From assembly GCA_963762255.1 (NCBI GenBank), contig CAVXKA010000002.1:1120001-1184000 (forward strand): a stretch of DNA of 64,000 nt. The letters are read 5' to 3'. The position numbers and the translations under genes are program-made. Under the pieces are notes generated by a model. That model worked only from the letters and a program-made list of their open reading frames with translations. It did not search any database and had not been told where the DNA came from. This stretch comes from Candidatus Eiseniibacteriota bacterium (lineage in GTDB: Bacteria; Eisenbacteria; RBG-16-71-46; JABDJR01). Positions 48,398 to 58,814 of this stretch are shown here, piece by piece; within the stretch, counting starts at the first letter, position 1; the number at the start of each line of letters is the position of its first letter.

Positions 48398-50125
48398 TCA
48401 GGGTCGCCCTTCGAGCGGGGCGGCGCTCGCCGGCGGAAGCTCTACACCGTGCCAGCCCGCGCCGAGATCGGCGGGCTCGCGGCCGCGCTCCGCAGCCACG
48501 GCGCGCAGCGCCTCCAAACGCCGCTTGTGCGCAAGCAGATAGACCGGATGCGTGCGCGATGCGAGCCAACCCGGAAACTCTTCGAGGCGCACCACGCCGG
48601 GCGGCCAGGTCTGGGCGCGCCGAAGCGTATAGAGGACGTAGTTGCTGGTGAGTTCACCGCCGTCCTTCGTGATGACGGTCATCGTGCGGCCGAGATAGAA
48701 GGAGAGTCCGTTCGGATAGCACTCGAGACCGGCCAACTCCGTCGTCTCGGGAAGTGCGGGCAGACGCGCGGCTAGCGCGCGCGCGGAGCTTGCCTCGGCG
48801 TACTCCCGCACGCCGCCGAAGCTCACGGTGATCAGGGAAAGCGGGAAGAGCAGGAACGCGGCGAACGCCAGCGGGACGCGCCGGCTCCACGCCGCCGCGA
48901 TCGCGGCCGCCGCCACCGCTGCCAGCGAGATCGCCGCGGGGAGGAAGGCTGCGTCGAGGCGATCGAACTCACGGCTGCGGATGTGGAGAAGGCGCTGCAG
49001 CGTCCCCGGATCGGCGACGTTGAGTCCGCAGAGCGCGGCGCCCGCGGCGGCAAGTGCGGCCAACACGAGCGCCCCGCGAAAGACGGTCCCCGCCGCGGAG
49101 CCGGTTCGGTCGCGCCACGCCAGCGCGAAGAGACGCCCCACGAGCACCGCCGCGGCCACGGCCCCGGTCAAGATGTAGCCCGGGAGCTTGGACTGGGACG
49201 TGGAGAAGAAGAGCACGACCACGACCGCCCACACCGCGAAGAGGCGATCGAGGCGTGCGAGCCCGCGCCAGCCGCGCACCACGCGCGCGGACCCTTCGAA
49301 GAGAAGCGCGCTCCAGGGGAAGAGGACCGCGATCGTCACCGGTGCGTAGTAGTACCAGGGCGCGGTGCGATGAAAGGACGTCGTGGTGTAGCGGCGAAAG
49401 GTCTCCTCGACGAGTCCGTAGTCGGGAAAATCGGGGCGTTGCGCGGTGACGGCCAGGAACCACGGCAGCACGACCGCGAAGAAGGCGAAGAGGTTCAGCG
49501 GCGCGAAGAACCGGCGGAGCGCGGCGCCGTCGCGCTCCACCGCGAAGAACGCGAGCACGACCAGCGACGGAACGATGAAACCCACCGGGCCTTTCACCAG
49601 CACGGCGACTCCGGCGGATGCCGCGCCCGCGACCCACCATGCGCGACGCGCCGCGCCCGCCGAGGCCTCGGCGAGGTAGGCCGCACCGATCGCGACCGAC
49701 ACGAAGAACGCCAGCGCCATGTCGAAGATGACCATGCGGGCGAAGGCGAAGTAGAGCGGGGTCGCCGCCACGACGATGGAGATCAGCGCGGCGCTCCGCG
49801 CGCCCGCTTCGCGACGGCAGAAGGCATAGAGCGCCGCGAGCAGTCCCAACGCGAAAAGGGCTGAAGGAAGCCGCGCAGCGGTCTCCGTATCTCCCAGTAG
49901 AGCCAGCGAGAGCGCCACCGTCTTGAAGTAAAGCGCCGGTTTGTCCATGTAGGGAAGGCCGTCATAGGTCGGGATCAACCACGCGCCGGAGACCTTCATC
50001 TCGCGCGCGACCTCGGCGTTGCGCCCTTCATCGGGCTGGATCAGCGGGAGATCCCCCAGGCGCGCGAAGAGCAGAATCAGCGCGGCCGCGGCGGCGATCC
50101 AGGTGAGCGGGGCGGGACGGCGCAT
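48398..50125 (-). CDS. ArnT-like GT-C glycosyltransferase
   Basis: PDEGRNAEVAREM, DKPAL, ARLPSA, KGPVG, SKLPGYIL; multiple TM. Confidence 0.88.
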   Translation of the reverse strand: MRRPAPLTWIAAAAALILLFARLGDLPLIQPDEGRNAEVAREMKVSGAWLIPTYDGLPYMDKPALYFKTVALSLALLGDTETAARLPSALFALGLLAALYAFCRREAGARSAALISIVVAATPLYFAFARMVIFDMALAFFVSVAIGAAYLAEASAGAARRAWWVAGAASAGVAVLVKGPVGFIVPSLVVLAFFAVERDGAALRRFFAPLNLFAFFAVVLPWFLAVTAQRPDFPDYGLVEETFRRYTTTSFHRTAPWYYYAPVTIAVLFPWSALLFEGSARVVRGWRGLARLDRLFAVWAVVVVLFFSTSQSKLPGYILTGAVAAAVLVGRLFALAWRDRTGSAAGTVFRGALVLAALAAAGAALCGLNVADPGTLQRLLHIRSREFDRLDAAFLPAAISLAAVAAAAIAAAWSRRVPLAFAAFLLFPLSLITVSFGGVREYAEASSARALAARLPALPETTELAGLECYPNGLSFYLGRTMTVITKDGGELTSNYVLYTLRRAQTWPPGVVRLEEFPGWLASRTHPVYLLAHKRRLEALRAVAAERGREPADLGAGWHGVELPPASAAPLEGRP

Positions 50126-50137
50126 GGAGTCCTGCGC

Positions 50138-52384
50138 CTATCCGCCGACCGTGAGTTGGATCACGACCGAGCGTCCGGGCTGGGGAAACGCGTCGGCTTC
50201 CGGTCGATCCAGATAGCGCGCATCGAGCAGGTTGGTGACCGCTGCATGGAGGCTCACGTTCGGCGCCGGCCACACCGAGAGACCGACGTCGGCGCGCGCG
50301 TATCCACGATGGCCGACCTCGTCGCCCCCGATTCGGGTCGAGCCGAGGAGATCCGACCACCATGCGGCGGCCTCGCCGGAAGCGACGGGTGTCTTCGCCG
50401 CACCGAGCCGAAGGCTCGCGGTCGACCGCGCCCGCGGCGCGGAGGCGGTGCCGGCGATTCGAAGCGCACCGGCCAGACGAAGCTCGCTCGATGGGATGTC
50501 CGGAAGCGGGTCGCCGTCCTCGTCCTCACCATGGAGGTAGGCGTAGGCCGCTTCGAGGCTCGCCCGCTCTTCCCCGCTCGTCCACGCGAACGACGCCTCC
50601 ACCCCGAAGAGCCGGCCTTGCGTGACGTTTTCGAATCGCAGCGTGTCCCCCGCGGCGTCCACCGGAAGTTGCGCGATGAACTCGGCGGCGGCGATGCCCC
50701 ATGTCGTGATCGACGCGCTGAGCGGGCCCCGCCCCCAAAGGAGCCCGCCCTCGCCCGCCCACGCGGTCTCCGGTTTCAGATCCGGGTTGGCGAGCCGCGA
50801 TCCGCCGGGTCGATCCCCCGCGAAATAGAGTTCCTGGATGCGCGGGGCTCGGAACGCGCGGCCCACTCCCGCGCCGATCGCCCAACCCGCGTTGAGCGGG
50901 TACAGCACCCGAACGTCCAGGCTCGGCGCGACCCAGGACGCCTCGCGCCGGCGCATCGCGGAGCGCCGTGCCCAGTCGAGCCGTCCCGTCACCAGAACTT
51001 CCCCGACCTCGCGCAGAGGACGCTTCCAGCCCGCGTAGGCACCCACGTCCGCGCGTCTCGCGTTCTCGACAAGGTCGACCCGCGTCTCGACGGGAGGCGC
51101 GGCATCCGGGTAGTCCACGCGCCTCTCCACCGCGTCCACGTTCCACCTCGTGAACACATCGACGCCGGCAAGCCAGGTCTGTGCGCCGCGCTTGCGCTCG
51201 ACTCGACCGATGCCGGTTGCGTCCACCGATGTGTTGTCCGTGAACGTCGTGCGCGTGACGCCGCCGGTCTCGTTCATGCGGTCCGCGCGATTCACGGTGC
51301 GGGGACGATGCATGCCGAGCGTCCACTCGCTGCGACCCGCTTCCGTTTCGTCGGTGAGCCGCGCCGAGGCAAGCACGTGGTCCTCGTCGGTGATCGTGTC
51401 CTTGCGCTGCGCGAGCGAGGTCGGCCGCCCCACGTCGTCGGCGGTCGTCCCGATCACGGCGATCCGAAGCAGGCGGGAGCCGCTCGCGCGGTCCAGCACC
51501 AGACTTCCGCCCCCGCTGCGCAGACCCGAGTTGATCGCCTTGCCCCCCTCGATCCCCTCGCCGTCCGGAAAGCGGTAGTCCCCCTGCCGGCGAAGAGCGC
51601 TCCCCAGAGCGGCCCGCCAACCGTGCCCGATCGGCCTCGCCGCGGAGATCGCCCCCGCGATTCCCCCGCCGTTCGAGGAACCGGAGGCATGAGCGAAGAA
51701 CTCGGGACACGAGGCGGGTGAGGGGAGTTCGAGGAGCACGATCCCACCCATCGCGCCGCTTCCGTAGGCGACCCCCGAGGTGCCACGCACGATCTGCACG
51801 TCGCCGATCAGGTACGGATCGAGAAAACTCGCGGAAGGCCCGACGCCGCGATCGGCGGAGAGACGGACACCCTCCAGCAGAACGAGCGAACGATCGCGAC
51901 CCAGACCGCGGATCGTGGGCGCGGATGTGAACCCGTCCCGGCCCACAGCGCCCACACCGGGGAGCTGCTGAATCGCTTCGGACACCGAGGGCAACTCCGC
52001 GGCCGCGGAGCGCACGTCCTCGGGCGTCAGCGTCTCGACCCGCTGCGCGTCGCCTTCCCAGGCGAGCTCCAGCGGGAGCGCGGTGATCCGCACGGGTGCG
52101 ACGCTGAACCCCTCGGTGGGCAGCGCCACCGTCCGCGGGTGCTCGCAGAGGAAGGCCTGACTCGAGAGGAGCCGATCCCCCTGCCAGAACTCGAGGACGG
52201 CGGAGGGACCGAGGGAGTCGGGAAGGCTGAAGCCGAATTCGCCCGTGGCGTCCGTGGTCGCCACCAGCTCACCCGTCCGCGCGAGGATCACGGAGAGACC
52301 GCTGGGAGGCGCCTCGTCGGGGAGCACAACGCGACCGCTGAGAAGGCATGCGGCCAGTATCGCTGTCCAGGTTTCCGGTGCCAT
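50138..52384 (-). CDS. TonB-dependent receptor
   Basis: Plug (PTIRGL, VRGTSGVAYGSGAMGG), RAFRAP.IQELY, NPDLKPE, NLLD..Y, PGRS. Confidence 0.9.
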   Translation of the reverse strand: MAPETWTAILAACLLSGRVVLPDEAPPSGLSVILARTGELVATTDATGEFGFSLPDSLGPSAVLEFWQGDRLLSSQAFLCEHPRTVALPTEGFSVAPVRITALPLELAWEGDAQRVETLTPEDVRSAAAELPSVSEAIQQLPGVGAVGRDGFTSAPTIRGLGRDRSLVLLEGVRLSADRGVGPSASFLDPYLIGDVQIVRGTSGVAYGSGAMGGIVLLELPSPASCPEFFAHASGSSNGGGIAGAISAARPIGHGWRAALGSALRRQGDYRFPDGEGIEGGKAINSGLRSGGGSLVLDRASGSRLLRIAVIGTTADDVGRPTSLAQRKDTITDEDHVLASARLTDETEAGRSEWTLGMHRPRTVNRADRMNETGGVTRTTFTDNTSVDATGIGRVERKRGAQTWLAGVDVFTRWNVDAVERRVDYPDAAPPVETRVDLVENARRADVGAYAGWKRPLREVGEVLVTGRLDWARRSAMRRREASWVAPSLDVRVLYPLNAGWAIGAGVGRAFRAPRIQELYFAGDRPGGSRLANPDLKPETAWAGEGGLLWGRGPLSASITTWGIAAAEFIAQLPVDAAGDTLRFENVTQGRLFGVEASFAWTSGEERASLEAAYAYLHGEDEDGDPLPDIPSSELRLAGALRIAGTASAPRARSTASLRLGAAKTPVASGEAAAWWSDLLGSTRIGGDEVGHRGYARADVGLSVWPAPNVSLHAAVTNLLDARYLDRPEADAFPQPGRSVVIQLTVGG

Positions 52385-52397
52385 GGCGGCGCGAAGT

Positions 52398-53350
52398 CTA
52401 TCCGACCGCCTTGAACCCCACCAGCCGCCCGCGATCTTCGTCCCAGAGACGATAGCCGAAGCACCTGAGGCTCGCTCGGAGCGAGATCGACGGCACGTTG
52501 CGAAGCTCGGGAGTTTCGCGGTGGCAGCGCTCGAGGAAGTAGTTCGGGATGCGAGGGCTCAAATGGTGGATGTGGTGGAACCCGATGTTGCCGGTGAACC
52601 ACTGAAGCAGCTTGGGCAACCGGTAGTACGAACTCCCGCGGAGTCCGACGCTGGGGTAGTCCCAGCCCTCGTGCCGGCGCCAGTAGACCCCTTCGAACTG
52701 GTGCTGCACGTAGAAGAGCCACACCCCGACCGGCGTTCCGAACGCGAAGACGAGCAGGTGGACGGTGAGATAGGCCTTCCAGCCGATCGTGGCCGCAAGC
52801 GTCACGACGATCACGGCGAGGGTGAAGTTGGTGAGGTCGACGCTCAATCGCTCGCGCTTCCCCGATTTCGGCCCCGCGAACCGATTGCACAGCACGAACG
52901 AGTACACGGGTCCGAGCGTGAGCAGAACGGCCGGGTTGCGGAAGAACCGATACACCGCCCGCTTCCACAGCGGAGCCGCGGTGTACTCCCGAACCGTCAT
53001 CGTCCACACGTCCCCCACTCCGCGCCGATCCAGGTCGCCGGCGGTGGCGTGGTGGATGGCGTGGGCGCGCCACCATTGATGAGAAGGGGTGAGGGTGATG
53101 ACCCCGGTCACGAACCCCACGATCTCGTTGGCCCGACGCGATCTGAAGAACGAGCCGTGCCCGCAATCGTGGAAGATGATGAAGACGCGAATCATGAAGC
53201 CGCCCGCGAGCGGCGCCAAGGCAACGGGGATCCAGATGGAGACCGAATAGCCCCACACCATGAGGATCCACAACCCGATGAATGGAACCAACGAGTTGAT
53301 GAGCTGCCAGACGCTCCGCCAAACATCGGAGCGCTGATAGGGAGCGAGTG
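52398..53350 (-). CDS. Membrane fatty acid desaturase (Bacillus Des-like); start unclear
   Basis: His boxes HDCGH, HAIHH, HHIHH; YVQHQFE; conserved LAPYQ..WQL.NS lies upstream of the first TTG (53291). Confidence 0.88.
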
Positions 53351-53395
53351 TCTGAGAGAGCCGGGACCCGGCGTCGACCGGGAGCCGCGTCGCGC

Positions 53396-53674
53396 CTACC
53401 AGCGTGGGCGGTGAGGGGCGCGCGAGTCGGTGCGCGGCTTCGCCTCGTTCACGTTCAGGCTGCGCCCGCCGAAGTCCGTCTTGTCGAGCGCGGCGATGGC
53501 GGCATCGGCGGCCTCGGGCGCCATCTCCACGAAACCGAAGCCGCGCAGGCGGCCGGTCTCGCGATCGGCGACGAGGGTGACGCTCTCCACCACTCCGAAC
53601 GGGGTGAATAGGTTGCGGACATCGTCTTCAGAGACGTCGAACGGCAAGTTTCCGACAAAGAGCTTCTTGGACAT
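53396..53674 (-). CDS. RRM-domain RNA-binding protein
   Basis: LFVGNL, RGFGFVEM, LNVNEAKPR; RBS GAGGA. Confidence 0.95.
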   Translation of the reverse strand: MSKKLFVGNLPFDVSEDDVRNLFTPFGVVESVTLVADRETGRLRGFGFVEMAPEAADAAIAALDKTDFGGRSLNVNEAKPRTDSRAPHRPRW

Positions 53675-53819
53675 AGTTCCTCACGATTTCCGCTCGGCCG
53701 CGGCAGGTCAGACTCGACCGGCCGGCTAGCGAATTACAATGAACTTTACCGTACAGGACACGTCAAGGACTGGCAAGCGCCATTTCCGTCCAGCGGGTCT
53801 CTCTGCTAGGATGCCGCGC

Positions 53820-55181
53820 ATGAGAGCCTACCCCGTCGCCCTTCTCCTCGTGTTGGTCGCGTGTCAGGCGGGTCCCGGCCGAGGCAAGGCGCCCGCCGAA
53901 TCATCTCCGCCCACTGTCATGCAGTTCGTGGCTGACGATTATGCGGGGGCGCTCGCCGAGGCCAAGGCGCGTGGCGTTCCGCTCTTCATCGAAGCCTGGG
54001 CGCCGTGGTGACACACGTGCCGCTCGATGAGGGCCTTCGTCTTCACCGACAAGGCGCTCGAGAGCGAAGCCGGACGGTTCGTCTGGCTCGAGATGAACAC
54101 CGACAGAGCACAGAACGCGGCGTTCAAGACGCAGTACAAGATCGTGGCGCTCCCGACCTACTTCATCGTCGACCCCGATAGCGAGACGGTATTGCTGCGC
54201 CGGGTCGGCGGTGCCACCGTACCGCAGCTCGTGTCGATCCTGGAGGCGGGGCGGAACGCGTACGCGTCCGGAGCGGCTCCCGAAGCGCTCTCCCCCGCCG
54301 ATCGCATCCTCGCTCAGGGTGACGCGCAGTACGGCGCGGGCGACTACGTCGCCGCGGCCAAGACGTACCGGGAAGCGTTGGCGGCCGCTCCCGCCGAGTG
54401 GCCCGCATACGAGCGCACCGTCGAGGCACTCCTCTTCGCGCTGCAGGGCACGGACGAGAACGAGGCCGCGGCGACCATGGCCCGGGACGTCTACCCGAAG
54501 CTGCGGCGCTCCGCCTCGGCGGCCAACGTCGCGGTCACCGGACTCGATTGCGCGCTCGCTTTGCCGCGTGAGAATCCGGCGCGCGCGCCGCTCCTGGCCG
54601 CGATGGTGGCGGACGCGCGCGAGGTCGTGACCGATCTCACGATGCCTGTAGCCGCCGACGACCGATCCGCGGTCTTCGGTTCGCTGATCGGCGCCTATCA
54701 GGACGCGGGAGATTCGACCGCAGCCCGTGGCATGGCCCAGCGCTGGGCGGCCTTCCTCGAAACCGAGGCGGCGCGCGCCGTCGGCCCCGAGGCACGCGCG
54801 GTATTCGACCCGCACCGCATGTCCGCCTACTTCGAGTTGAATCAACCCGAGCGGGCGCTTCCCATGCTGGAGGCCTCGGAGCGCGATCTCCCCGACGACT
54901 ACAATCCTCCGGCGCGCCTCGCCGCGGTCTATGCGCGGATGGAGCGCTGGAACGAGGGGTTGGCGGCGTCGGAGCGTGCTCTGGCCAAGGCCTATGGGCC
55001 GCGCAAGCTACGCATCCTCCAGACCCGCGCGGACGTTCAGGCGGGGATGGGCGACTCGACGGCGGCACGGGGAACGCTCGAGGAGGCGCTCGCGCTCGCG
55101 GAGTCGCTTCCTCCCGGCCAGCGTTCGGAGAGAACGATCGACGGGTTGCGCAAGGCTATCGACGCGATGGGATCGCGTTGA
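53820..55181 (+). CDS. Predicted selenoprotein: UxxC thioredoxin-fold + TPR lipoprotein (UGA at 54009-54011)
   Basis: In-frame read-through gives FIEAWAPW-U-HTCRSM; cis-Pro motif ALPTY; lipobox LVA-C; TPR helices. Confidence 0.85.
54019..54034 (+). promoter_or_regulatory. Candidate SECIS hairpin
   Basis: GCC(G)CTC-GAT-GAGGGC: 6-bp stem with a bulge, loop starts with G 14 nt after the UGA. Confidence 0.5.
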
Positions 55182-55193
55182 TCGGCCGCCGCG

Positions 55194-56633
55194 CTACGCC
55201 GGCGTCTTGCCGATGACCCCCGCCGTGCCGGTGCGAAGCAAGGCTTCCATCTCGAGCCGCGGCGTCGTTACCGCAAGCGACTCGTAGAAGCGCGCGCGCT
55301 CGATCCACTCGCCTGCGAGGGCGAGCGCGAAGACACCCAGCGTTGCCGCGGGGTCGTCGGAGAGCATCCGCAACGCCGGAGCGGCGATGAACCCCAGAGC
55401 GATGCGCAGTGCGGGTAGAGCCATCCGCGCGCGCACGAAGGTCCGACCCGAGAACGTGACGTAGGCCCGGGCGACGCCTATCGGTACCCAGAGCCAGACG
55501 GGGCCGATCGCGAGCGCGGCCAGATAGAGGCTGCCAATGAAGATGGGGCCGGCCGGGAGCATTCGGCGTCGGGCGCCCACGACCCCGGTCGGAGGCAGGA
55601 TCACCGAGTACACGCGGTCCACGGCGAAGGCGGAGGCGAAGCCGAGGAGAGCCACCACCCAACCCGCTCCCGGCCGAACCTGATGCGGCGCCGTCCTCAC
55701 CGTCCACGAGGCGATCAGCATCCACGCCGCCGAGAGGCCGAGGAAGCTGCCGACGAGCAGGACCTCCCGGCTGAGCCACGAAGTTCGCCAGTTGATCGCC
55801 GCGCGCCACGCGCGCTCCGGGCGACCGAGGTGCCACATCGAGAGCGCGAGCGCGGCCAATCCGACGCCCGCATAGGCCAGCGCCCCACCGAGGCGCACAG
55901 TCATCCCACCGGCCTGCGCCGCCGCGAACACCGCAACCAACGCAAGCACCGCGCTCGTGAAGGCGAAGAGCGTCCACTCTCCTCGCAACGTGATTTTGGA
56001 TCGACTCGATGGGCTCGCGATCGTCGCGACGTCCGCTGGCTTCTCCTGCTCGATGTGAACTGCCCCATCGCGCAGGGGAACGAACCGGATGGCCGGTCGC
56101 AGGTCCGTGTGCCGGAATCCGGGCACTCCGCCGTGCGCGCCGCCTTTGCGCGCAGCGCCCCCGGTTTCGTCTCCGCGCGCCGCGTCCCCGATTTCGAGCG
56201 CGCCCGTGGGGCACGCCTCCACGCAGGCCGGCCGCCCGCCGTCCACGAGCCGATGATGGCAAAACGTGCACTTCTCGACGGTGCCGGTGCCCGCGTTGAA
56301 GCGCGGCGCATCGTAGGGGCAGGCCCAGGTGCAGTACCGGCAACCGATGCAACGTTCGGCGTCGACGAGTACCGCACCGGTCACCGCGTCCCGCGTGTAG
56401 GCATTCGTCGGACATGCGGTCAGACAGGCGGGTTTCTCGCAGTGGTTGCAGGCCAGGGAGAGCGAGAACGAGGGAATCGCGGGGATGCGAGCTTCGTTAT
56501 AGGTGTCGATCCGCCGCCAGTCCAGGCCGCCTGCGTCGATGCGGTCGGGTGCGTTCTCGATCCCGCACGCGATCGCGCAGGCGTGGCAGCCGGTGCAGCG
56601 GTTCAGATCGAAGACGAAGGCGCGACGGGTCAC
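55194..56633 (-). CDS. Fused DmsB-like 4Fe-4S subunit + DmsC-like membrane anchor
   Basis: CTGCHACAIAC, CNHCEKPAC..ACP, CIGCRYCTWACPY, KCTFC; HLGRPERAWRA..NWRTSWLSRE; GTG start overlaps the upstream stop. Confidence 0.9.
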   Translation of the reverse strand: MTRRAFVFDLNRCTGCHACAIACGIENAPDRIDAGGLDWRRIDTYNEARIPAIPSFSLSLACNHCEKPACLTACPTNAYTRDAVTGAVLVDAERCIGCRYCTWACPYDAPRFNAGTGTVEKCTFCHHRLVDGGRPACVEACPTGALEIGDAARGDETGGAARKGGAHGGVPGFRHTDLRPAIRFVPLRDGAVHIEQEKPADVATIASPSSRSKITLRGEWTLFAFTSAVLALVAVFAAAQAGGMTVRLGGALAYAGVGLAALALSMWHLGRPERAWRAAINWRTSWLSREVLLVGSFLGLSAAWMLIASWTVRTAPHQVRPGAGWVVALLGFASAFAVDRVYSVILPPTGVVGARRRMLPAGPIFIGSLYLAALAIGPVWLWVPIGVARAYVTFSGRTFVRARMALPALRIALGFIAAPALRMLSDDPAATLGVFALALAGEWIERARFYESLAVTTPRLEMEALLRTGTAGVIGKTPA

Positions 56634-58669
56634 CGCTCCACCTCGACGCGATTCTCGTGGAAGGCGGCGCCGTGACCGATATCGGTCTCCCGCGCACACG
56701 AGAGGAAATTCACCGTCCCCCCGCGCTGGATCCAGTACCCGTTCGGGGTCGAGACGCACCCCGGCCTCAATCCGTGATCGAACCGCACCGGGAGCCGGAG
56801 CTCGCCGCGGTCGTTGAACACGCGCACGCGATCGCCCTCGCGGATCAAGCGCGCGGCGGCGTCGGAAGGGTGCATGGAGAGGACGGGACCGGGATCGATC
56901 CGGCGGATCAGCGCGAGGTTGTGGAACTGCGAGTGGATCCCGTTCTTGGTGTTGGGCGTCATGAAGTGGAGCGGGTACCGCGAGGCGGCGCGGCCGGCTT
57001 CGACCGGCTCCGCGTAGCGCGGCAACGCGTCGACTCCCCACCGCTCCTCCGCCTCGCGGGAAAGGATTTCGATCCGGCCCGAAGGCGTCGGGAAAATGTG
57101 ATCGCGAAACGCCACTTCTTCCGTGCCCGGCGCGAGGACGGGACCCTCGGCTAGGCGCTCCAGAGTCAAACCGGGAAAGGGCGCCAGCCTCTCGCGCAGG
57201 AACGCCTCGACCTCCGCATCGGACGGCCCCGGAATCCTGCCGCGCAGCTCCTCCTCCGAGAACCCGAGCCGGCGCGCGAGCGCGTGATAGATCTCGGTCT
57301 CGGGCTTCACCTCGGGGGGCGGATCGACGATCTTCTGCTTGAGCTGAATGTAGGAATGCCAATAGGCGCCGATGACGTCCGACTGCTCGAAGATCGCCTT
57401 GGCGGGTAGGACGATGTCCGCCTCGCGCGCGGTGTCGGTGAGGAACTCGTCCACCACGACTCGAAACTCGAGCCCACGGATGGCGCGCAGGACGGTGTGC
57501 GTCTCGGGATTCTGCGTCACCGGGTTTCCGCGCTCGACCCACATCATGCGCAGGGGCGGATCCTTCTGCACGAGCATGTCGGGACCGAGGCGCGCGGTGG
57601 AGATCGAAACTCGCGCGATCCCGTCCGGTGTCTGCGGCGGGTAGAAGGCCAGCGGGTCGCGCACCGAGTCGAAGATGTGCGATTGAAGGTTAGCGTAGAC
57701 CCACCCCGCGCCCGGTCTTCCGATGTTCCCGGTGACGGCGAGCAGCGCGATGATGGCCCGCATCGACTGCCCCGCGTTGGTGTAGCGCTGCATGCCGAAG
57801 CCGGCGTTGATCGTGACGGGGCGCACCGTCCCGATCGCCTCGGCCAGGTGCCGGATCTGCACGACGGGCACGCCGCTGATGGCGGCGGCCGCCTCGGGCG
57901 GGAACTCCTCCAGCAGCGCCGCGAACTCGGTGAAGCCCAGCACGTGCGATGCAACGAACCCCGAGTCGATCCAGCCGTTCTTCACCAGAACATGCGCCAC
58001 ACCCAGCGCGAGCGCGCCGTCCGTCCCCGGCCGCGGCCGCACGAGAAGCTCGGCGTGCTCCGCGGAAACGGTGCGGCGGGGGTCGATCACGATGAGCCGC
58101 GCACCGCGCTTCAGCGCTTCATCCACGAGGCGGACCAGGTGCACGTTAGTCTCGGCGGGGTTCTTTCCCCAGAGTACGATGAGCCCCGCGTTCTCGATAT
58201 CCCACGGTGCCGAATGCGTGTTCGCGCCGAGGGTGAGCCGCGTGGCCTCGAGGCCAGCCGGCCAGCAGAGATCGCCGTACGTGGTGGTGTATCCGCCGTA
58301 GAGCCGCCAGAACTCGGGACCGACGCGGTTCAAGAGCCCCTTCGTGCCGCTCCCGGTGTAATAGAGGACGCTCTGCGGGCCGTCGCTCGCGCGGAAACGC
58401 CGGAGCTTCTCTTCAATCGTATCGAGCGCTTCATCCCACGAGATGCGATCGAACTCGCGCGTGCCGGCGCGACGCCGAAGCGGCCACCGCAGGCGGTGGG
58501 GCGAGACGAGGCGCTCGACGTAGCTCTGCCCTTTGAGGCAGACTCCCTCCGGCGTGGCGAGGTTGTCGGGATGCGACTCGATGCGCACCACCCGACCGCC
58601 CTCGACGAACACCTTCATCGAGCAGGTGCTGTAGCAGTTGCGCGGACAGGCGGTGGTGAGACTCTCCAC
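56630..58669 (-). CDS. Molybdopterin oxidoreductase catalytic subunit (DMSO reductase superfamily, no Tat signal)
   Basis: CPRNCYSTC...CLKG FS0 motif, ISWDEAL, GDLCWPAG, RPGTDGAL, TDTAREADIVLP. Confidence 0.92.
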   Translation of the reverse strand: MESLTTACPRNCYSTCSMKVFVEGGRVVRIESHPDNLATPEGVCLKGQSYVERLVSPHRLRWPLRRRAGTREFDRISWDEALDTIEEKLRRFRASDGPQSVLYYTGSGTKGLLNRVGPEFWRLYGGYTTTYGDLCWPAGLEATRLTLGANTHSAPWDIENAGLIVLWGKNPAETNVHLVRLVDEALKRGARLIVIDPRRTVSAEHAELLVRPRPGTDGALALGVAHVLVKNGWIDSGFVASHVLGFTEFAALLEEFPPEAAAAISGVPVVQIRHLAEAIGTVRPVTINAGFGMQRYTNAGQSMRAIIALLAVTGNIGRPGAGWVYANLQSHIFDSVRDPLAFYPPQTPDGIARVSISTARLGPDMLVQKDPPLRMMWVERGNPVTQNPETHTVLRAIRGLEFRVVVDEFLTDTAREADIVLPAKAIFEQSDVIGAYWHSYIQLKQKIVDPPPEVKPETEIYHALARRLGFSEEELRGRIPGPSDAEVEAFLRERLAPFPGLTLERLAEGPVLAPGTEEVAFRDHIFPTPSGRIEILSREAEERWGVDALPRYAEPVEAGRAASRYPLHFMTPNTKNGIHSQFHNLALIRRIDPGPVLSMHPSDAAARLIREGDRVRVFNDRGELRLPVRFDHGLRPGCVSTPNGYWIQRGGTVNFLSCARETDIGHGAAFHENRVEVER

Positions 58670-58814
58670 GGGCTGAACCTCCAGCAGAGCAGTATACCTG
58701 CGGAGCGTTGCCCCCCATGATTGTCGCGACGTACCCGGGAACGAACCGGGCCGGACCGAGGTATTGGACCTCGGACCTGAACCCCCGTGCAGGGGGATGA
58801 AAGGAAGGCATGCG

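Noticed and set aside
55194-57542. 782-aa ORF
   Set aside because: The first 300 or so residues overlap the molybdoenzyme gene in another frame; the real start is GTG 56633
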